Shown piece after piece: positions 12,601 through 26,381 of a DNA stretch of 64,000 nucleotides; position 1 is the stretch's first letter, and each line of letters begins with the position of its first letter. This DNA comes from Auanema rhodensis (lineage: Eukaryota > Animalia > Nematoda), in NCBI GenBank assembly GCA_964057225.1, contig OZ059896.1:11780001-11844000 (forward strand), given 5' to 3'. Both the position numbers and the translations under genes were made by a program. The notes beneath the pieces are model-generated. The model saw nothing but the letters and a program-made list of their open reading frames with translations. It did not search any database and was not told the origin of the DNA.

Positions 12601-15600
12601 AGATGGAGTGAAATGCTTTAGAAAATACAAATATTTAAATGTTTCAGTTTTTGAGCATCATAATATTGAAATTTAAATGTTTTTCAATGATTAAAAATTT
12701 AAAAATGAAATTATAAAATTGTGGTAGAAATATAAAATTGTATAAAATATGAGATTAAATAAATTAGATGGAGTGAAATGGTTTAGAAAATACAAAATAT
12801 TTAAATGTTTCAGTTTTTGAGCATCACAATATTGAAATTTAAATGTTTTTTAATGATTAAAAAGTTAAAAAATAAGATTATGAAATAGTGGTAAAAATAT
12901 AAAATTGTTTAAAATATGGGATTAAATAAAATAGATGGAGTGAAATGGTTTAGAAAATACAAAATATTTAAATGTTTCAGTTTTTGAGCATCACAATATT
13001 GAAATTTAAATGTTTTTTAATGTTTAAAAATTTTAAGAATGAAATTATGAAATAGTGGTAAAAATATGAAATTGTTTAAAATATGGGATTAAATAAAATA
13101 GATGGAGTGAAATGGTTTAGAAAATACAAAATATTTAAATGTTTCAGTTTTTGAGCATCACAATATTGAAATTTAAATGTTTTTTAATGATTGAAAATTT
13201 AAAAAATGAAATTATGAAATTGTGGTAGAATTAAAATATTGTATAAAATATGGGATTAAATAAAATAGATGGAGTTAAATGGTTTAGAAAATACAAAATA
13301 TTTAAATGTTTCAGTTTTTGAGCATCACAATACTGAAATTTAAATGTTTTTCAATGATTAAAATATTAAAAAATGAAATTATGAAATTGTGGTAGAAATA
13401 TAAAATTGTTTAAAAAATGGAATTAAATAAAAGAGATGGAGTGAAATGGTTTAGAAATTACAGAATATTTAAATGTTTCAGTTTTTGAGCATCACAATAT
13501 TGAAATTTAAATGTTTTTTAATGATTAAAAATTTGAAAAATGAAATTATGAAATAGTGGTAAAAATATAAAATTGTTTAAAATATGGGATTAAATAAAAG
13601 AGATGGAGTGAAATGTTTTAGAAAATACAAAATATTTAAATGTTTCAGTTTTGATCATCACAATATTAAAATTTAAATGTTTTTTAATAATTAAAAAGTT
13701 AAAAAATAAGATTATGAAATAGTGGTAAAAATATAAAATTGTTTAAAATATGGAATTAAATAAAAGAGATAGAGTGAAATGGTTTAGAAAATACAAAATA
13801 TTTAAATGTTTCAGTTTTGATCATCACAATATTGAAATTTAAATGTTTTTTAATAATTAAAAATTTAAAAAATGAAATTATGAAATTGTGGTAGAATTAA
13901 AATATTGTATAAAATATGGGATTAAATAAAATAGATGGAGTTAAATGGTTTAGAAAATACAAAATATTTAAATGTTTCAGTTTTTGAGCATTCACAATAC
14001 TGAAATTTAAATGTTTTTCAATGATTAAAATATTAAAAAATGAAGTTATGAAATTGTGGTAGAAATATAAAATTGTTTCAAAAATGGAATTAAATAAAAG
14101 AGATGGAGTGAAATGGTTTAGAAATTACAGAATATTTAAATGTTTCAGTTTTTGAGCATCACAATATTGAAATTTAAATGTTTTTTAATGATTAAAAATT
14201 TGAAAAATGAAATTATGAAATTGTGGTAGAAATATAAAATTGTTTAAAATATGGAATTAAATAAAAGAGATGGAGTGAAATGGTTTAGAAAATATAAAAT
14301 ATTTAAATGTTTCAGTTTTTGATCATCACAATATTGAAATTTAAATGTTTTTTAATAATTAAAAATTTAAAAATTTAAAAAATGAAATTATGAAATAGTG
14401 GTAACAATATAAAATTGTTTAAAATATGGGATTAAATAAAAGAGATGGAGTGAAATGGTTTAGAAAATACAAAATATTTAAATGTTTCAGTTTTTGAGCA
14501 TCACAATATTGAAATTTAAATGTTTTTTAATGTTTAAAAATTTTAAGAATGAAATTATGAAATAGTGGTAAAAATATAAAATTGTTTAAAATATGAGATT
14601 AAATAAAAGAGATGGAGTGAAATGGTTTAGAAAATACAAAATATTTGAATGTTTCAGTTTTTGATCATCACAATATTGAAATTTAAATGTTTTTTAATAA
14701 TTAAAAATTTAAAAATTAAAAAATGAAATTATGAAATTGTGGTAGAATTAAAAAATTGTATAAAATATGGGATTAAATAAAATAGATGGAGTGAAATGGT
14801 TTAGAAAATACAAAATATTCAAATGTTTCAGTTTTTGAGCATCACAATACTGAAATTTAAATGTTTTTCAATGATTAAAATATTAAAAAATGAAATTATG
14901 AAATAGTGGTAGAAATATAAAATTGTTTAAAATATGGAATTAAATAAAAGAGATGGAGTGAAATGGTTTAGAAAATACAAAATATTTAAATGTTTCAGTT
15001 TTTGAGCATCACAATACTGAAATTTAAATGTTTTTCAATGATTAAAATATTAAAAAATGAAATTATGAAATAGTGGTAGAAATATAAAATTGTTTAAAAT
15101 ATGGAATTAAATAAAAGAGATGGAGTGAAATGGTTTAGAAAAAACAAAATATTTGAATGTTTCAGTTTTTGATCATCACAATATTGAAATTTAAATGTTT
15201 TTTAATGATTGAAAATTTAAAAAATGAAATTATGAAATTGTGGTAGAAATTAAAAATTGTATAAAATATGGGATTAAATAAAATAGATAGAGTGAAATGG
15301 TTTAGAAAATACAAAATATTTAAATGTTTCAGTTTTTGAGCATCACAATATTGAAATTTAAATGTTTTTTAATGATTAAAAATTTGAAAAATGAAATTAT
15401 GAAATTGTGGTAGAAATATAAAATTGTTTAAAATATGGGATTAAATAAAATAGATGGAGTGAAATGGTTTAGAAAATACAAAATATTTGAATGTTTCAGT
15501 TTTTGAGTATCACAATATTGAAATTTAAATGTTTTTTAATGATTAAAAATTTAAAAAATGAAATTATAAAATAGTGGTAGAATCATAAAATTGTTTAAAA

Positions 15601-18600
15601 TATGGGATTAAATAAAATAGATGGAGTGAAATGGTTTAGAAAATACAAAATATTCAACTGTTTCAGTTTTTGAGCATCACAATATTGAAAATTAAATGTT
15701 TTTTAATGATTAAAAATTCAAAAATGAAATTATGAAATTGTGGTAGAACTATAAAATTGTTTAAAATATGGGATTAAATGAACTAGATGGAGTGAAATGC
15801 TTTAGAAAATACAAATATTTAAATGTTTCAGTTTTTGAGCATCACAATATTGAAATTTAAATGTTTTTCAATGATTAAAAATTTAAAAATGAAATTATAA
15901 AATTGTGGTAGAAATATAAAATTGTTTAAAATATGGGATTAAATAAAATAGATGGAGTGAAATGGTTTAGAAAATACAAAATATTTGAATGTTTCAGTTT
16001 TTGAGTATCACAATATTGAAATTTAAATGTTTTTTAATGATTAAAAATTTAAAAAATGAAATTATAAAATAGTGGTAGAATCATAAAATTGTTTAAAATA
16101 TGGGATTAAATAAAATAGATGGAGTGAAATGGTTTAGAAAATACAAAATATTCAACTGTTTCAGTTTTTGATCATCACAATATTGAAATTTAAATGTTTT
16201 TTAATGATTAAAAATTTAAAAAATGAAATTATAAAATAGTGGTAGAATCATAAAATTGTTTAAAATATGGGATTAAATGAACTAGATGGAGTGAAATGCT
16301 TTAGAAAATACAAATATTTAAATGTTTCAGTTTTTGAGCATCACAATATTGAAATTTAAATGTTTTTCAATGATTAAAAATTTAAAAATGAAATTATAAA
16401 ATTGTGGTAGAAATATAAAATTGTATAAAATATGAGATTAAATAAATTAGATGGAGTGAAATGGTTTAGAAAATACAAAATATTTAAATGTTTCAGTTTT
16501 TGAGCATCACAATATTGAAATTTAAATGTTTTTTAATGATTAAAAAGTTAAAAAATAAGATTATGAAATAGTGGTAAAAATATAAAATTGTTTAAAATAT
16601 GGGATTAAATAAAATAGATGGAGTGAAATGGTTTAGAAAATACAAAATATTTAAATGTTTCAGTTTTTGAGCATCACAATATTGAAATTTAAATGTTTTT
16701 TAATGTTTAAAAATTTTAAGAATGAAATTATGAAATAGTGGTAAAAATATGAAATTGTTTAAAATATGGGATTAAATAAAATAGATGGAGTGAAATGGTT
16801 TAGAAAATACAAAATATTTAAATGTTTCAGTTTTTGAGCATCACAATATTGAAATTTAAATGTTTTTTAATGATTGAAAATTTAAAAAATGAAATTATGA
16901 AATTGTGGTAGAATTAAAATATTGTATAAAATATGGGATTAAATAAAATAGATGGAGTTAAATGGTTTAGAAAATACAAAATATTTAAATGTTTCAGTTT
17001 TTGAGCATCACAATACTGAAATTTAAATGTTTTTCAATGATTAAAATATTAAAAAATGAAATTATGAAATTGTGGTAGAAATATAAAATTGTTTAAAAAA
17101 TGGAATTAAATAAAAGAGATGGAGTGAAATGGTTTAGAAATTACAGAATATTTAAATGTTTCAGTTTTTGAGCATCACAATATTGAAATTTAAATGTTTT
17201 TTAATGATTAAAAATTTGAAAAATGAAATTATGAAATAGTGGTAAAAATATAAAATTGTTTAAAATATGGGATTAAATAAAAGAGATGGAGTGAAATGTT
17301 TTAGAAAATACAAAATATTTAAATGTTTCAGTTTTGATCATCACAATATTAAAATTTAAATGTTTTTTAATAATTAAAAAGTTAAAAAATAAGATTATGA
17401 AATAGTGGTAAAAATATAAAATTGTTTAAAATATGGAATTAAATAAAAGAGATAGAGTGAAATGGTTTAGAAAATACAAAATATTTAAATGTTTCAGTTT
17501 TGATCATCACAATATTGAAATTTAAATGTTTTTTAATAATTAAAAATTTAAAAAATGAAATTATGAAATTGTGGTAGAATTAAAATATTGTATAAAATAT
17601 GGGATTAAATAAAATAGATGGAGTTAAATGGTTTAGAAAATACAAAATATTTAAATGTTTCAGTTTTTGAGCATTCACAATACTGAAATTTAAATGTTTT
17701 TCAATGATTAAAATATTAAAAAATGAAATTATGAAATTGTGGTAGAAATATAAAATTGTTTAAAAAATGGAATTAAATAAAAGAGATGGAGTGAAATGGT
17801 TTAGAAATTACAGAATATTTAAATGTTTCAGTTTTTGAGCATCACAATATTGAAATTTAAATGTTTTTTAATGATTAAAAATTTGAAAAATGAAATTATG
17901 AAATTGTGGTAGAAATATAAAATTGTTTAAAATATGGAATTAAATAAAAGAGATGGAGTGAAATGGTTTAGAAAATATAAAATATTTAAATGTTTCAGTT
18001 TTTGATCATCACAATATTGAAATTTAAATGTTTTTTAATAATTAAAAATTTAAAAATTTAAAAAATGAAATTATGAAATAGTGGTAACAATATAAAATTG
18101 TTTAAAATATGGGATTAAATAAAATAGATGGAGTGAAATGGTTTAGAAAATACAAAATATTCAAATGTTTCAGTTTTTGAGCATCACAATATTGAAATTT
18201 AAATGTTTTTTAATAATTAAAAATTTAAAAATTAAAAAATGAAATTATGAAATTGTGGTAGAATTAAAAAATTGTATAAAATATGGGATTAAATAAAATA
18301 GATGGAGTGAAATGGTTTAGAAAATACAAAATATTCAAATGTTTCAGTTTTTGAGCATCACAATACTGAAATTTAAATGTTTTTCAATGATTAGAATATT
18401 AAAAAATGAAATTATGAAATAGTGGTAGAAATATAAAATTGTTTAAAATATGGGATTAAATAAAATAGATGGAGTGAAATGGTTTAGAAAATACAAATAT
18501 TTAAATGTTTCAGTTTTTGAGCATCACAATATTGAAATTTAAATGTTTTTCAATGATTAAAAATTTAAAAATGAAATTATAAAATTGTGGTAGAAATATA

Positions 18601-18641
18601 AAATTGTATAAAATATGAGATTAAATAAATTAGATGGAGTG

Positions 18642-21600
18642 AAATGGTTTAGAAAATACAAAATATTTAAATGTTTCAGTTTTTGAGCATCACAATATTG
18701 AAATTTAAATGTTTTTTAATGATTAAAAATTTGAAAAATGAAATTATGAAATTGTGGTAGAAATATAAAATTGTTTAAAATATGGGATTAAATAAAATAG
18801 ATGGAGTGAAATGGTTTAGAAAATACAAAATATTTGAATGTTTCAGTTTTTGAGCATCACAATATTGAAATTTAAATGTTTTTTAATGATTAAAAATTTA
18901 AAAAATGAAATTATAAAATAGTGGTAGAATCATAAAATTGTTTAAAATATGGGATTAAATAAAATAGATGGAGTGAAATGGTTTAGAAAATACAAAATAT
19001 TCAACTGTTTCAGTTTTTGAGCATCACAATATTGAAAATTAAATGTTTTTTAATGATTAAAAATTCAAAAATGAAATTATGAAATTGTGGTAGAACTATA
19101 AAATTGTTTAAAATATGGGATTAAATAAACTAGATGGAGTGAAATGCTTTAGAAAATACAAATATTTAAATGTTTCAGTTTTTGAGCATCACAATATTGA
19201 AATTTAAATGTTTTTCAATGATTAAAAATTTAAAAATGAAATTATAAAATTGTGGTAGAAATATAAAATTGTATAAAATATGAGATTAAATAAATTAGAT
19301 GGAGTGAAATGGTTTAGAAAATACAAAATATTTAAATGTTTCAGTTTTTGAGCATCACAATATTGAAATTTAAATGTTTTTTAATGATTAAAAAGTTAAA
19401 AAATAAGATTATGAAATAGTGGTAAAAATATAAAATTGTTTAAAATATGGGATTAAATAAAATAGATGGAGTGAAATGGTTTAGAAAATACAAAATATTT
19501 AAATGTTTCAGTTTTTGAGCATCACAATATTGAAATTTAAATGTTTTTTAATGTTTAAAAATTTTAAGAATGAAATTATGAAATAGTGGTAAAAATATGA
19601 AATTGTTTAAAATATGGGATTAAATAAAATAGATGGAGTGAAATGGTTTAGAAAATACAAAATATTTAAATGTTTCAGTTTTTGAGCATCACAATATTGA
19701 AATTTAAATGTTTTTTAATGATTGAAAATTTAAAAAATGAAATTATGAAATTGTGGTGGAATTAAAATATTGTATAAAATATGGGATTAAATAAAATAGA
19801 TGGAGTTAAATGGTTTAGAAAATACAAAATATTTAAATGTTTCAGTTTTTGAGCATCACAATATTGAAATTTAAATGTTTTTTAATGATTAAAAATTTGA
19901 AAAATGAAATTATGAAATTGTGGTAGAAATATAAAATTGTTTAAAATATGGGATTAAATAAAATAGATGGAGTGAAATGGTTTAGAAAATACAAAATATT
20001 TGAATGTTTCAGTTTTTGAGCATCACAATATTGAAATTTAAATGTTTTTTAATGATTAAAAATTTAAAAAATGAAATTATAAAATAGTGGTAGAATCATA
20101 AAATTGTTTAAAATATGGGATTAAATAAAATAGATGGAGTGAAATGGTTTAGAAAATACAAAATATTCAACTGTTTCAGTTTTTGAGCATCACAATATTG
20201 AAAATTAAATGTTTTTTAATGATTAAAAATTCAAAAATGAAATTATGAAATTGTGGTAGAACTATAAAATTGTTTAAAATATGGGATTAAATAAACTAGA
20301 TGGAGTGAAATGCTTTAGAAAATACAAATATTTAAATGTTTCAGTTTTTGAGCATCACAATATTGAAATTTAAATGTTTTTCAATGATTAAAAATTTAAA
20401 AATGAAATTATAAAATTGTGGTAGAAATATAAAATTGTATAAAATATGAGATTAAATAAATTAGATGGAGTGAAATGGTTTAGAAAATACAAAATATTTA
20501 AATGTTTCAGTTTTTGAGCATCACAATATTGAAATTTAAATGTTTTTTAATGATTAAAAAGTTAAAAAATAAGATTATGAAATAGTGGTAAAAATATAAA
20601 ATTGTTTAAAATATGGGATTAAATAAAATAGATGGAGTGAAATGGTTTAGAAAATACAAAATATTTAAATGTTTCAGTTTTTGAGCATCACAATATTGAA
20701 ATTTAAATGTTTTTTAATGTTTAAAAATTTTAAGAATGAAATTATGAAATAGTGGTAAAAATATGAAATTGTTTAAAATATGGGATTAAATAAAATAGAT
20801 GGAGTGAAATGGTTTAGAAAATACAAAATATTTAAATGTTTCAGTTTTTGAGCATCACAATATTGAAATTTAAATGTTTTTTAATGATTGAAAATTTAAA
20901 AAATGAAATTATGAAATTGTGGTGGAATTAAAATATTGTATAAAATATGGGATTAAATAAAATAGATGGAGTTAAATGGTTTAGAAAATACAAAATATTT
21001 AAATGTTTCAGTTTTTGAGCATCACAATATTGAAATTTAAATGTTTTTTAATGATTAAAAATTTGAAAAATGAAATTATGAAATTGTGGTAGAAATATAA
21101 AATTGTTTAAAATATGGGATTAAATAAAATAGATGGAGTGAAATGGTTTAGAAAATACAAAATATTTGAATGTTTCAGTTTTTGAGCATCACAATATTGA
21201 AATTTAAATGTTTTTTAATGATTAAAAATTTAAAAAATGAAATTATAAAATAGTGGTAGAATCATAAAATTGTTTAAAATATGGGATTAAATAAAATAGA
21301 TGGAGTGAAATGGTTTAGAAAATACAAAATATTCAACTGTTTCAGTTTTTGAGCATCACAATATTGAAAATTAAATGTTTTTTAATGATTAAAAATTCAA
21401 AAATGAAATTATGAAATTGTGGTAGAACTATAAAATTGTTTAAAATATGGGATTAAATAAACTAGATGGAGTGAAATGCTTTAGAAAATACAAATATTTA
21501 AATGTTTCAGTTTTTGAGCATCACAATATTGAAATTTAAATGTTTTTCAATGATTAAAAATTTAAAAATGAAATTATAAAATTGTGGTAGAAATATAAAA

Positions 21601-22195
21601 TTGTATAAAATATGAGATTAAATAAATTAGATGGAGTGAAATGGTTTAGAAAATACAAAATATTTAAATGTTTCAGTTTTTGAGCATCACAATATTGAAA
21701 TTTAAATGTTTTTTAATGATTAAAAAGTTAAAAAATAAGATTATGAAATAGTGGTAAAAATATAAAATTGTTTAAAATATGGGATTAAATAAAATAGATG
21801 GAGTGAAATGGTTTAGAAAATACAAAATATTTAAATGTTTCAGTTTTTGAGCATCACAATATTGAAATTTAAATGTTTTTTAATGTTTAAAAATTTTAAG
21901 AATGAAATTATGAAATAGTGGTAAAAATATGAAATTGTTTAAAATATGGGATTAAATAAAATAGATGGAGTGAAATGGTTTAGAAAATACAAAATATTTA
22001 AATGTTTCAGTTTTTGAGCATCACAATATTGAAATTTAAATGTTTTTTAATGATTGAAAATTTAAAAAATGAAATTATGAAATTGTGGTAGAATTAAAAT
22101 ATTGTATAAAATATGGGATTAAATAAAATAGATGGAGTTAAATGGTTTAGAAAATACAAAATATTTAAATGTTTCAGTTTTTGAGCATCACAATA
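18642..22195 (+). repeat. HOR, 7 monomers (1166 bp) x about 3
   Basis: CAACTG at 19002, 20168 and 21334; private GTGGTGGAATT variant at 19758 and 20924. All spacings are 1166. Confidence 0.9.
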
Positions 22196-25100
22196 CTGAA
22201 ATTTAAATGTTTTTCAATGATTAAAATATTAAAAAATGAAATTATGAAATTGTGGTAGAAATACAAAATTGTTTAAAAAATGGAATTAAATAAAAGAGAT
22301 GGAGTGAAATGGTTTAGAAATTACAGAATATTTAAATGTTTCAGTTTTTGAGCATCACAATATTGAAATTTAAATGTTTTTTAATGATTAAAAATTTGAA
22401 AAATGAAATTATGAAATAGTGGTAAAAATATAAAATTGTTTAAAATATGGGATTAAATAAAAGAGATGGAGTGAAATGTTTTAGAAAATACAAAATATTT
22501 AAATGTTTCAGTTTTGATCATCACAATATTAAAATTTAAATGTTTTTTAATAATTAAAAAGTTAAAAAATAAGATTATGAAATAGTGGTAAAAATATAAA
22601 ATTGTTTAAAATATGGAATTAAATAAAAGAGATAGAGTGAAATGGTTTAGAAAATACAAAATATTTAAATGTTTCAGTTTTGATCATCACAATATTGAAA
22701 TTTAAATGTTTTTCAATGATTAAAATATTAAAAAATGAAATTATGAAATTGTGGTAGAAATATAAAATTGTTTAAAAAATGGAATTAAATAAAAGAGATG
22801 GAGTGAAATGGTTTAGAAATTACAGAATATTTAAATGTTTCAGTTTTTGAGCATCACAATATTGAAATTTAAATGTTTTTTAATGATTAAAAATTTGAAA
22901 AATGAAATTATGAAATAGTGGTAAAAATATAAAATTGTTTAAAATATGGGATTAAATAAAAGAGATGGAGTGAAATGTTTTAGAAAATACAAAATATTTA
23001 AATGTTTCAGTTTTGATCATCACAATATTAAAATTTAAATGTTTTTTAATAATTAAAAAGTTAAAAAATAAGATTATGAAATAGTGGTAAAAATATAAAA
23101 TTGTTTAAAATATGGAATTAAATAAAAGAGATAGAGTGAAATGGTTTAGAAAATACAAAATATTTAAATGTTTCAGTTTTGATCATCACAATATTGAAAT
23201 TTAAATGTTTTTTAATAATTAAAAATTTAAAAAATGAAATTATGAAATTGTGGTAGAATTAAAATATTGTATAAAATATGGGATTAAATAAAATAGATGG
23301 AGTTAAATGGTTTAGAAAATACAAAATATTTAAATGTTTCAGTTTTTGAGCATTCACAATACTGAAATTTAAATGTTTTTCAATGATTAAAATATTAAAA
23401 AATGAAATTATGAAATTGTGGTAGAAATATAAAATTGTTTAAAAAATGGAATTAAATAAAAGAGATGGAGTGAAATGGTTTAGAAATTACAGAATATTTA
23501 AATGTTTCAGTTTTTGAGCATCACAATATTGAAATTTAAATGTTTTTTAATGATTAAAAATTTGAAAAATGAAATTATGAAATTGTGGTAGAAATATAAA
23601 ATTGTTTAAAATATGGGATTAAATAAAATAGATGGAGTGAAATGGTTTAGAAAATACAAAATATTTAAATGTTTCAGTTTTTGAGCATCACAATATTGAA
23701 ATTTAAATGTTTTTTAATGTTTAAAAATTTTAAGAATGAAATTATGAAATAGTGGTAAAAATATGAAATTGTTTAAAATATGGGATTAAATAAAATAGAT
23801 GGAGTGAAATGGTTTAGAAAATACAAAATATTTAAATGTTTCAGTTTTTGAGCATCACAATATTGAAATTTAAATGTTTTTTAATGATTGAAAATTTAAA
23901 AAATGAAATTATGAAATTGTGGTAGAATTAAAATATTGTATAAAATATGGGATTAAATAAAATAGATGGAGTTAAATGGTTTAGAAAATACAAAATATTT
24001 AAATGTTTCAGTTTTTGAGCATCACAATACTGAAATTTAAATGTTTTTCAATGATTAAAATATTAAAAAATGAAATTATGAAATTGTGGTAGAAATATAA
24101 AATTGTTTAAAAAATGGAATTAAATAAAAGAGATGGAGTGAAATGGTTTAGAAATTACAGAATATTTAAATGTTTCAGTTTTTGAGCATCACAATATTGA
24201 AATTTAAATGTTTTTTAATGATTAAAAATTTGAAAAATGAAATTATGAAATAGTGGTAAAAATATAAAATTGTTTAAAATATGGGATTAAATAAAAGAGA
24301 TGGAGTGAAATGTTTTAGAAAATACAAAATATTTAAATGTTTCAGTTTTGATCATCACAATATTAAAATTTAAATGTTTTTTAATAATTAAAAAGTTAAA
24401 AAATAAGATTATGAAATAGTGGTAAAAATATAAAATTGTTTAAAATATGGAATTAAATAAAAGAGATAGAGTGAAATGGTTTAGAAAATACAAAATATTT
24501 AAATGTTTCAGTTTTGATCATCACAATATTGAAATTTAAATGTTTTTCAATGATTAAAATATTAAAAAATGAAATTATGAAATTGTGGTAGAAATATAAA
24601 ATTGTTTAAAAAATGGAATTAAATAAAAGAGATGGAGTGAAATGGTTTAGAAATTACAGAATATTTAAATGTTTCAGTTTTTGAGCATCACAATATTGAA
24701 ATTTAAATGTTTTTTAATGATTAAAAATTTGAAAAATGAAAATATGAAATAGTGGTAAAAATATAAAATTGTTTAAAATATGGGATTAAATAAAAGAGAT
24801 GGAGTGAAATGTTTTAGAAAATACAAAATATTTAAATGTTTCAGTTTTGATCATCACAATATTAAAATTTAAATGTTTTTTAATAATTAAAAAGTTAAAA
24901 AATAAGATTATGAAATAGTGGTAAAAATATAAAATTGTTTAAAATATGGAATTAAATAAAAGAGATAGAGTGAAATGGTTTAGAAAATACAAAATATTTA
25001 AATGTTTCAGTTTTGATCATCACAATATTGAAATTTAAATGTTTTTTAATAATTAAAAATTTAAAAAATGAAATTATGAAATTGTGGTAGAATTAAAATA

Positions 25101-26381
25101 TTGTATAAAATATGGGATTAAATAAAATAGATGGAGTTAAATGGTTTAGAAAATACAAAATATTTAAATGTTTCAGTTTTTGAGCATTCACAATACTGAA
25201 ATTTAAATGTTTTTCAATGATTAAAATATTAAAAAATGAAATTATGAAATTGTGGTAGAAATATAAAATTGTTTAAAAAATGGAATTAAATAAAAGAGAT
25301 GGAGTGAAATGGTTTAGAAATTACAGAATATTTAAATGTTTCAGTTTTTGAGCATCACAATATTGAAATTTAAATGTTTTTTAATGATTAAAAATTTGAA
25401 AAATGAAATTATGAAATTGTGGTAGAAATATAAAATTGTTTAAAATATGGGATTAAATAAAATAGATGGAGTGAAATGGTTTAGAAAATACAAAATATTT
25501 AAATGTTTCAGTTTTTGAGCATCACAATATTGAAATTTAAATGTTTTTTAATGTTTAAAAATTTTAAGAATGAAATTATGAAATAGTGGTAAAAATATGA
25601 AATTGTTTAAAATATGGGATTAAATAAAATAGATGGAGTGAAATGGTTTAGAAAATACAAAATATTTAAATGTTTCAGTTTTTGAGCATCACAATATTGA
25701 AATTTAAATGTTTTTTAATGATTGAAAATTTAAAAAATGAAATTATGAAATTGTGGTAGAATTAAAATATTGTATAAAATATGGGATTAAATAAAATAGA
25801 TGGAGTTAAATGGTTTAGAAAATACAAAATATTTAAATGTTTCAGTTTTTGAGCATCACAATACTGAAATTTAAATGTTTTTCAATGATTAAAATATTAA
25901 AAAATGAAATTATGAAATTGTGGTAGAAATATAAAATTGTTTAAAAAATGGAATTAAATAAAAGAGATGGAGTGAAATGGTTTAGAAATTACAGAATATT
26001 TAAATGTTTCAGTTTTTGAGCATCACAATATTGAAATTTAAATGTTTTTTAATGATTAAAAATTTGAAAAATGAAATTATGAAATAGTGGTAAAAATATA
26101 AAATTGTTTAAAATATGGGATTAAATAAAAGAGATGGAGTGAAATGTTTTAGAAAATACAAAATATTTAAATGTTTCAGTTTTGATCATCACAATATTAA
26201 AATTTAAATGTTTTTTAATAATTAAAAAGTTAAAAAATAAGATTATGAAATAGTGGTAAAAATATAAAATTGTTTAAAATATGGAATTAAATAAAAGAGA
26301 TAGAGTGAAATGGTTTAGAAAATACAAAATATTTAAATGTTTCAGTTTTGATCATCACAATATTGAAATTTAAATGTTTTT
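21758..26381 (+). repeat. HOR, 11 monomers (1834 bp) x about 2.5, with a nested 3-monomer (499 bp) duplication
   Basis: GAAATGTTTT at 22478, 22977, 24312, 24811 and 26146; GCATTCAC insertion at 23351 and 25185. Confidence 0.9.
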
